Below, piece after piece: positions 6,327-12,057 of a stretch of 12,057 nt of DNA (positions within the stretch are counted from its first letter, which is position 1; each line of letters opens with the position of its first letter). The translations under genes and the position numbers were made by a program. The stretch comes from a virus (Duplodnaviria > Heunggongvirae > Uroviricota > Caudoviricetes), in IMG/VR virus record IMGVR_UViG_2558860274_000002; one strand, given 5' to 3'. Under the pieces are notes generated by a model, which was given only the letters and a program-made list of their open reading frames with translations, did not search any database and was not told the origin of the DNA.

Positions 6327-8450
6327 TCATTGTTGATTATCAGCATCCTGTACATTGAAAATCGCGGTTGACTCGCCAACTATGCCTGCTCGTGTGTCTC
6401 CTTTGTTTGTACATTTACGTGATGCTTCTATTTTCAATGCCAGATTAAGCACTTTCAAGACCTCCGGGTCATTCCATTCGATAACACCGTCATCTACCAG
6501 ATTAAGCACTGCTGCGGCGTGCTCAGAAGGTGTGGGAGCCGGTAACGAAGTATCGCCACAGGTGAGCTTTCCACAGTTATTGACAGGACTCCGAGGCGCG
6601 GCGATGCCGCTTTTTAAAGTCAAAGGCTCAACGACCGGAACTTTCGACACAATGCGCCAGTCCGTCGTTCTGGTGATATGAATATGACGCGCGCCGAGAT
6701 GCGGCGCGTAAATGCCGACCACTCTCTCGACTTCTTCCTCGTACTCGTTAACTTCATCCGACGGACTACGGGCGACCCTGACAGTCTGACAATCGCGCGG
6801 GACATTTGCCCCACCCTGCGCGCTGATATACAACGCAAAATCACCACTGTCTGCGGCGGCGCGTGCAGCCTCGACGCGCTCGTCAAACTCATCAGCAATG
6901 CTGACGCCGCGAGGCAATTTGCGTAGTTCACGGTAAGCCCCCATTGTCGGCAGACCAACCGTTTTAAATTGTGGGATGCGCCACGTTGACGCCCATGCGG
7001 TAACAGCCGCAGCAGTGTCTTTCAGCGGTCTGCCGGTATCGTTATCGAGCTGACCATCCAGTGCATAGCCATCGATGTTTTTTGAGATGTATTTCGCGAT
7101 ATACCCCGCAGCACCGCCCTGGTTAAGGTGTTTTGCCTGAAAACGGTTTCGCGCGGCTCCTCTTTCGTCGCCATCCTCTTTGAGCGCATAGCGACGCATG
7201 ATTTCGATAATCTGGTTACGCTGGCGTGGATTACAAAAAAGCATCATATGCCAGTGCGGCGTTCCGTCGTGGTGTGGCTCGACGACACGCAAACCGTAGA
7301 CCTGTAAATCATTATCCTTGAATGCCGTGCGCATCAGGCTCCAGATATGGCAGAGATAACGCTGCGCATCCTTTGGATTAAATGCCTCATCGTTCCAGCC
7401 GTGATTTAGCTGGACGGTTTTACTTTCGCCTTTTCCGACCTGACGTGTCGGGTGATACTTTGACGGCGCGGTAAGCGTGATAAACATCCCCACATCACCC
7501 TCTGCGGCGGCGTAACGCTCAATACCGGCAATGGTGTTCATCAGCTCCATCCGGCGAATTTCAGGATTAGAAATACTGCCCATCACCTTACTGATAAGGT
7601 CGATGCGCTCGCCGGTTTCCCTGTTTTCAAGGTCACACGATTTAAGAAATTCCAGATTTGCCTGGCGGCGTGCACGCACATCACGAATGGCATGTTTACT
7701 GGCATAAGGAGAACGGTCTTTATTCACCTCCCCGACAGCAATCAGTAACGCCTCATGCCAGCGCATACGCTGGCCTTTGAGCTGATGAGTCCACCACTCA
7801 TCGTTAAACAGACGGGCAATGGCAGAATATGCCTGCCTCGTGGTCATCTGTCCTTTACGGTATTTTTTCCAGTAAAGCGGGGAAATATTGAAAGCACGTG
7901 CAGCGCCAGCAACATGACCATAGAGGTGAGCCTGCGCCTCATCCGTAAACAGCGATTCTTTTTCGCCATGTGCATCCACCCAGGCATCGCTGAGTTCCTC
8001 ATACATCATGAAAAGCTGCGATGAGATACGGGCGGCAAACTTTTTCAGCTCCTTGTCATTCATTCCCGGCAGGCGCGCATAGTGGTCACGCTCTGCCAGA
8101 AACAGCAACGACGCGTCGGTGTTCATTTCATGGCGCTGATTCACGCGCTCAATGCGCGGCCATAAACGACGCTGAAAAGTGGATGTGAGGAAATAAAACC
8201 CGTGCACCGGGCTTTTATTGCGCCGGATGTAGTCATAGCGTGAAGTAAACAGCGAGCGCAAAAAGTAAGGCAGGCGGTTAATCGTGGATAAAACACCTTG
8301 CACCTGACGCATCTCGTCACGTGTAAGAGGTCTTTCGCGCCCGACAGCCTCGCGTGGCGCGTTCCATGCATAAGCACCGGTAAACGCCTTACCGGTGCCT
8401 GCGGCAAATGCTGACGGAGGGACAAAACGCCCGGAGGCTTTAACGGCCAT
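6327..8450 (-). CDS. A: Replication initiation endonuclease gpA (rolling-circle HUH-type initiator), 707 aa
   Basis: Start at the internal Met (MAVKASGRFVPPSAFAAG..., ATG at 8450), which I recall as the P2 gpA N-terminus. HUH-type metal-binding motif PHWHMMLF and paired-tyrosine motif GYIAKYISK typical of rolling-circle initiators. My recollection is that P2 gpA is about 761 aa, so the C-terminus here may be shorter or divergent. Confidence 0.9.
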   Translation of the reverse strand: MAVKASGRFVPPSAFAAGTGKAFTGAYAWNAPREAVGRERPLTRDEMRQVQGVLSTINRLPYFLRSLFTSRYDYIRRNKSPVHGFYFLTSTFQRRLWPRIERVNQRHEMNTDASLLFLAERDHYARLPGMNDKELKKFAARISSQLFMMYEELSDAWVDAHGEKESLFTDEAQAHLYGHVAGAARAFNISPLYWKKYRKGQMTTRQAYSAIARLFNDEWWTHQLKGQRMRWHEALLIAVGEVNKDRSPYASKHAIRDVRARRQANLEFLKSCDLENRETGERIDLISKVMGSISNPEIRRMELMNTIAGIERYAAAEGDVGMFITLTAPSKYHPTRQVGKGESKTVQLNHGWNDEAFNPKDAQRYLCHIWSLMRTAFKDNDLQVYGLRVVEPHHDGTPHWHMMLFCNPRQRNQIIEIMRRYALKEDGDERGAARNRFQAKHLNQGGAAGYIAKYISKNIDGYALDGQLDNDTGRPLKDTAAAVTAWASTWRIPQFKTVGLPTMGAYRELRKLPRGVSIADEFDERVEAARAAADSGDFALYISAQGGANVPRDCQTVRVARSPSDEVNEYEEEVERVVGIYAPHLGARHIHITRTTDWRIVSKVPVVEPLTLKSGIAAPRSPVNNCGKLTCGDTSLPAPTPSEHAAAVLNLVDDGVIEWNDPEVLKVLNLALKIEASRKCTNKGDTRAGIVGESTAIFNVQDADNQQ

Positions 8451-8715
8451 ATGAGCCAAAAGCCTCAGAACAACGCTTGCTGAGTTGCTCAACCTGCGCG
8501 TTTAAATCAGCAAAAGACTTTGCGCTTCCGGTCAGAATATCGTGATGCATCAGGCCGGAAACGAGCTGGATTAATTTCGGGTAATAACCAACCACCGCCA
8601 GCCATTCCTGACCGGCGTTTTTACCGCTTTCCGCTCTCTTTTTCTCGTGGAGAATAAACTGAAAGCTGTCACTGGTAACGACATAACGTTCGCCAATTTC
8701 AATACGAATACTCAT
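8440..8715 (-). CDS. P2 orf83-like small protein (function unknown)
   Basis: 91-aa ORF in the orf80-83 position between B and A. Its stop overlaps the A start by 11 nt and its start overlaps the upstream gene's stop. Confidence 0.6.
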   Translation of the reverse strand: MSIRIEIGERYVVTSDSFQFILHEKKRAESGKNAGQEWLAVVGYYPKLIQLVSGLMHHDILTGSAKSFADLNAQVEQLSKRCSEAFGSYGR

Positions 8716-8936
8716 GCCGTTCTCCGGTAATGCTTGTTTTTTGCTTCAAAGACTGACTGGCAGGAAACACAACGCGTGGCTGACGGATAAGCTGCACGAC
8801 GGGCAGCAGGTATTGGCGCGTCACACTCTTCGCAAACCAGCGCAGAAACACCGCTATGTTTTACCCTTGCCGCGTTAATCTGGCGCTCCAGTAATTCAGC
8901 CTGTTGTTCCTGAATAAAATCTATGTTGTCCGGCAT
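8712..8936 (-). CDS. TraR/DksA-family C4 zinc-finger protein (P2 orf82-like)
   Basis: 74-aa ORF with CEEC-x17-CVSC, the C-x2-C-x17-C-x2-C spacing typical of TraR/DksA-family proteins. Start and stop codons overlap those of both neighbours. Confidence 0.7.
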   Translation of the reverse strand: MPDNIDFIQEQQAELLERQINAARVKHSGVSALVCEECDAPIPAARRAAYPSATRCVSCQSVFEAKNKHYRRTA

Positions 8937-9241
8937 TACCAGCTCCTTTTGTCGTTCAGCTTCTTAAATTCATCAGCGCAATAGCTGGCGATTTCTGTCG
9001 TTAATTTTGTCAGTTCATCCACGGATGAAATTTGCTTATGAAATACAGCGCGTTTAACAAGTAAATTGACCACATCAGACAGGAGGTTTAATTCATTCTG
9101 ATAAATCGCGATAACAGATTCAGTTATGTCGCGTTTTTCTTTATCAAGACAAAGTTGAATAAGAGACAAATCGCCATTTTTCATAACGGCGATTTTTAAG
9201 GCGTTATTCAGTAATACAACTGAATGAGAACAGGACATCAA
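8936..9241 (-). CDS. P2 orf81-like small protein (function unknown)
   Basis: 101-aa ORF, tightly coupled to both flanking ORFs in the early operon. No recognisable motif. Confidence 0.55.
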   Translation of the reverse strand: MMSCSHSVVLLNNALKIAVMKNGDLSLIQLCLDKEKRDITESVIAIYQNELNLLSDVVNLLVKRAVFHKQISSVDELTKLTTEIASYCADEFKKLNDKRSW

Positions 9242-9462
9242 AGCACCTCCCCGCGAGACAATCCGATATTGTGAAATTTTTCCGACTCCTGACTGAGCAG
9301 CTCGACTATCTCCACGCGGGATAACTCCGCCTTTGTGATATGGCGAATCATGGCGTCAAGATGAGAAGAAAAGCGCGTCGCAGCGTCGGCCTGTGCTTCG
9401 GTTCTGGCCTGTTGCAGCAGTAATGCGTATTTACCGCACTGATTTTCAGAAACTGTATGCAT
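9238..9462 (-). CDS. P2 orf80-like small protein (function unknown)
   Basis: 74-aa ORF, first gene after B in the early operon. Its stop overlaps the start of the next ORF. Confidence 0.55.
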   Translation of the reverse strand: MHTVSENQCGKYALLLQQARTEAQADAATRFSSHLDAMIRHITKAELSRVEIVELLSQESEKFHNIGLSRGEVL

Positions 9463-9525
9463 GACTTTCTCCAGGCAAAAAGAAGCCCCGCACGATTAAG
9501 TGCGTTAAAAACTCTGGTTAATTAC

Positions 9526-10026
9526 TTAATGCAGATATTGCTCTGGTTTTACCGACGTCAGAATTGTCGGTGCATACTCAAACAGGCTGAATAATTCACG
9601 TAATGCACGGAATAAAGCATCACGCCAGTAACATGACTCTTCATTAATTCGCCAGTATGGCTGGTTGAATTCTTTTTCAGTCAATCCGGCATGCATAAAT
9701 AAAGTACGACGCTGACTGACTGTTAAAAAACTAATATATGCATACTCACTTGCGCCAACCTGACGGCGTTTTGAGAATGCCCCACGCAATTCATCAATTG
9801 CACAAACCAGCCGTTCACGTTCGACGTCGTTCATTTCTTCAAAACGCATCGTTGCGTGACGCTGTTTTAACTGCGCATGAAAGCAAACCGTTAACCGTTC
9901 GCGCTCCATCATCTGATTATAATAATCACATGTATCCTGCCAGCGAGGGACGGCCAGATGCTTACCAATTATCCGGCGCATAGTTGCTGGCTGTTTTTCG
10001 ACGAGATTGAGCGTCATCACTGTCAT
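9526..10026 (-). CDS. B: Replication protein gpB (helicase-loader-type early protein), 166 aa
   Basis: 166-aa ORF, the length I recall for P2 gpB, in the expected position between orf78 and orf80. Confidence 0.85.
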   Translation of the reverse strand: MTVMTLNLVEKQPATMRRIIGKHLAVPRWQDTCDYYNQMMERERLTVCFHAQLKQRHATMRFEEMNDVERERLVCAIDELRGAFSKRRQVGASEYAYISFLTVSQRRTLFMHAGLTEKEFNQPYWRINEESCYWRDALFRALRELFSLFEYAPTILTSVKPEQYLH

Positions 10027-10259
10027 TTCCAGAACCTCCGGCTTTTCAGAAAGGTCAGAGCCTTTTTTAACGGACTCTGTTTTTTGGTGCGGATAATGAT
10101 TCCCTTGCGACCCTTCCCGTGGGTGATGGTGAAGTCAATCGCCCTGGGGCTTTCGTTACGCAATAACTGAGCAATACAACGAGGCTCGTTCATCCTTTCC
10201 ACCTTAAGCCGCACGGCCATGTCTTGATTTGCTGTAACTAATGCGATTTTTCCAGTCAT
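10023..10259 (-). CDS. P2 orf78-like small protein, 78 aa
   Basis: Starting at the internal Met (MTGKIALVTANQDMAVRLK...) gives exactly 78 aa. Stop overlaps the B start (ATGA-type). The longer 96-aa form in the ORF track would overlap cox even further. Confidence 0.6.
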   Translation of the reverse strand: MTGKIALVTANQDMAVRLKVERMNEPRCIAQLLRNESPRAIDFTITHGKGRKGIIIRTKKQSPLKKALTFLKSRRFWK

Positions 10260-10575
10260 GCCATTCTGTCGGAGCTTCATCAACCAGTTGGGCTGCGTAC
10301 TTGTCCCACTCACGGCGATTAATCCATAATTCAGCTTTCCCTCTTGGTTTTAATGGGTCTGTCATGTAGAAGGCTGGCAGCTTTCCTGCTTTAGCCATTT
10401 CAGCCACCGCGCGTGGTGTCTTACCGATGTAAAGAGCAAAACCTTCTTTCGACAGCAAATCAGATGGGCGCTCTGAAATCTGAATGCTTTTACGTTTGGC
10501 TTCATTTTCGAAACTTGCCTCATCGCTAGTTGGACAAGAAATTTCTACATTTGTCGTCACTTTGCTATCCTCCAT
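10204..10575 (-). CDS. cox: Cox-like excisionase / early transcriptional repressor (winged-HTH)
   Basis: First gene of the leftward early operon, divergent from C. The segment GFALYIGKTPRAVAEMAKAGKLPAFYMTDP resembles the Cox DNA-binding region as I recall it. Start uncertain: the ATG at 10575 has no RBS, whereas an in-frame GTG at 10560 is preceded by GGAGGA with a 7-nt spacer (118 aa). The ORF is longer than P2 Cox (91 aa) and overlaps the orf78 start. Confidence 0.65.
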   Translation of the reverse strand: MEDSKVTTNVEISCPTSDEASFENEAKRKSIQISERPSDLLSKEGFALYIGKTPRAVAEMAKAGKLPAFYMTDPLKPRGKAELWINRREWDKYAAQLVDEAPTEWHDWKNRISYSKSRHGRAA

Positions 10576-10668
10576 AAGATTTGCGATTCACCAACTGGAG
10601 CCATCTAGAGCCTTTTTGAGTGAATCACAAATTGCCAAGTAGCAATATAATTGGAGATTAGCAAAATT
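10576..10668. promoter_or_regulatory. Immunity switch region (divergent Pe/Pc-type promoters and operators) between cox and C
   Basis: 93-nt spacer between the divergent cox and C starts. Contains a 7-bp inverted repeat GATTCAC (10585-10591) / GTGAATC (10620-10626) and a TATAAT hexamer (10646-10651) on the plus strand. Operator assignment not made. Confidence 0.5.
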
Positions 10669-10968
10669 ATGTCAAGTGAACAAAGTGAGAAACTAAAGCT
10701 CATCCGTGAATCCGAACGCCTTAAAACTAAGGAACTTGCTGAATTAATTGGAATTAATTACTACACATATCATGGATATGAATCAGGAAAATCAAAAATG
10801 CCTATGGAAGCAGGTATGAAGCTGTTTAAGCATCCACGCTTTCGCAAGTATCGTGACTGGTTCATGTTTGATGAAACAGATCCAGCAGCTGGACAAATAG
10901 CCCCGGCTCTCGCACACATTGGGCAAGACTCAACAACCTTGCACCACTCAGACCAGAAGACTGGCTGA
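10669..10968 (+). CDS. C: Immunity repressor C (P2 C family), 99 aa
   Basis: From the ATG at 10669 the ORF is 99 aa, the P2 C length. C-terminal DPAAGQIAPALAHIGQD...SDQKTG closely resembles the P2 C C-terminus as I recall it. The ORF track's start at 10651 is a TTG and less likely. Confidence 0.85.
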   Translation: MSSEQSEKLKLIRESERLKTKELAELIGINYYTYHGYESGKSKMPMEAGMKLFKHPRFRKYRDWFMFDETDPAAGQIAPALAHIGQDSTTLHHSDQKTG

Positions 10969-11061
10969 CGATTTATTCAGCATATGTGTGTAGTAAATGT
11001 ACGAAAGAAAATTGCATTAATTTTCAAGTAGTAGAAGTAAACAGCGTCATCGGAGGGCTTT

Positions 11062-12057
11062 ATGTCTATTAAAAAGCTCGATGATGGTCGTTATGAAGTG
11101 GACGTCAGACCGCAGGGTGCAGATGGAAAACGTATCAGGCGGAAATTTAAAACTAAAGGTGAAGCTCAGGCATTCGAACGTCATGTACTGGTTAACTACC
11201 ACAACAAAGAGTGGTTGGAGAAACCAGCCGACCGCCGAACTCTTACAGAGTTGTTAGGTAGATGGTGGATATATCACGGAAAATCACATGAGCGTGGAGA
11301 TATTGAACGGGGGCGTTTAACGACAATAATCGCCAAATTTGCAGAAATGGGAGTGTCCAGAGCTGACCAGCTAACAAAGAAAACGATAACTGATTATCGC
11401 GTTGTAATGATGAACGATGGTCTAAAACCAGCCAGCGTAAATCGACATCTGGCAATAATGAGCGGGATGTTCACCAAGTTAATTGACGCCGGTGAATACC
11501 ACTCCCACAACCCGTTCCGTGAGATTAAACGGTTACGTGAAGCTGTTACGGAAATGGCTTTTTTGTCCAGTGAAGAGATTACGCGGCTGTTATCCATGCT
11601 TGATGGTGATGAATTAAATGCAACTCTGGTCTGCCTTTCTACTGGTGGACGCTGGAGTGAAGTGTCTAATTTAAAAGCTGAACACATCATTAACCAGATG
11701 GTTACGTTTATGAAAACTAAAAACGGAAAACGCAGGACAATTCCCGTTTCGCAGGACCTGATTAAACGGATCAAGACCAAAAATTCAGGCAGGCTTTTTA
11801 ATGCCAGTTACTACAAAGTGCGTAACGCTCTCAGGGAAGTAAAACCCGATTTACCTGACGGACAAGCAGTACATGTTTTGAGGCATACATTTGCCACACA
11901 TTTTATAATGAATGGAGGTAACATAATCACATTGCAGCGCATCCTGGGTCATTCTAACATTCAGCAAACTATGACCTACGCACACTTTGCACCGGATTTC
12001 TTACAAGATGCTGTGACTCTTAACCCGGTGTCAGGAATGTCCATAATGCGTCCATAA
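11062..12057 (+). CDS. int: Tyrosine integrase (P2 Int family), 331 aa
   Basis: N-terminus MSIKKLDDGRYEVDVRPQGADGKRIRRKF resembles P2 Int. Tyrosine-recombinase motifs HVLRHTFATHF and the catalytic Tyr context QTMTYAHF are present. GGAGGG RBS 4 nt upstream. Downstream of C on the same strand, as in P2. The stop codon is the last 3 nt of the window. Confidence 0.9.
   Translation: MSIKKLDDGRYEVDVRPQGADGKRIRRKFKTKGEAQAFERHVLVNYHNKEWLEKPADRRTLTELLGRWWIYHGKSHERGDIERGRLTTIIAKFAEMGVSRADQLTKKTITDYRVVMMNDGLKPASVNRHLAIMSGMFTKLIDAGEYHSHNPFREIKRLREAVTEMAFLSSEEITRLLSMLDGDELNATLVCLSTGGRWSEVSNLKAEHIINQMVTFMKTKNGKRRTIPVSQDLIKRIKTKNSGRLFNASYYKVRNALREVKPDLPDGQAVHVLRHTFATHFIMNGGNIITLQRILGHSNIQQTMTYAHFAPDFLQDAVTLNPVSGMSIMRP

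Noticed and set aside
6355-8425. ORFs embedded in gene A (6355-6681, 6620-6958, 6678-6926, 7755-8024, 8141-8425)
   Set aside because: Alternative-frame or antisense ORFs within the strongly supported A gene.
6327-8492. Extended 721-aa form of A
   Set aside because: The extension would overlap orf83 by 53 nt; the internal ATG at 8450 gives the N-terminus I recall for P2 gpA.
9463-9525. Short hairpin (CGCAC...GTGCG) followed by a T-rich run on the minus strand between B and orf80
   Set aside because: Only a 5-bp stem; too weak to call a terminator with confidence and would interrupt the early operon. Possibly an attenuator, but unsupported.
9738-10170. Plus-strand ORFs 9738-9983 and 9958-10170
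   Set aside because: Antisense to B and orf78; no RBS or family signature.
11243-11780. Minus-strand ORFs inside int (11243-11455, 11394-11780)
   Set aside because: Antisense to the well-supported integrase gene.
1-12057. Search for tRNA, rRNA, CRISPR arrays, transposases or IS elements
   Set aside because: No cloverleaf-like tRNA candidates, repeat-spacer arrays, or transposase motifs (DDE, HTH-plus-IS-like inverted repeats) were recognised by eye. The element looks like prophage-derived DNA without secondary insertions.

Overview
The window reads as a compact (~12 kb) P2-like (Peduovirus-type) prophage remnant whose ends coincide with the convergent stop codons of ogr (nt 1) and int (nt 12057). 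Present, in P2 order: int, C repressor, the Pe/Pc switch region, cox, orf78, B, orf80-83, replication initiator A, then a ~3.3 kb AT-rich cargo island, the cos site, portal gene Q, a short remnant where terminase gene P should be, and directly after it tail gene D and ogr. The whole capsid/tail/lysis module (about 20 kb in P2) between P and D is absent. The cargo island sits in the A-to-cos position, where P2 carries tin/old and which I recall as a known anti-phage defence hotspot. It encodes an overlapping two-gene operon: a SIR2-like NADase-type protein (GAGAS, TTNYD and HGS motifs) followed by a HerA-like ATPase (Walker A GSTGYGKS, Walker B LLLEEAHH, STQRPS motif). This fits the SIR2-HerA defence family, which has been described; it is the main finding, and whether this variant is new needs a homology search. 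All identifications are from motif recognition and recalled P2 gene order and protein lengths; no searches were run. No tRNA, rRNA, CRISPR array or transposase was seen.
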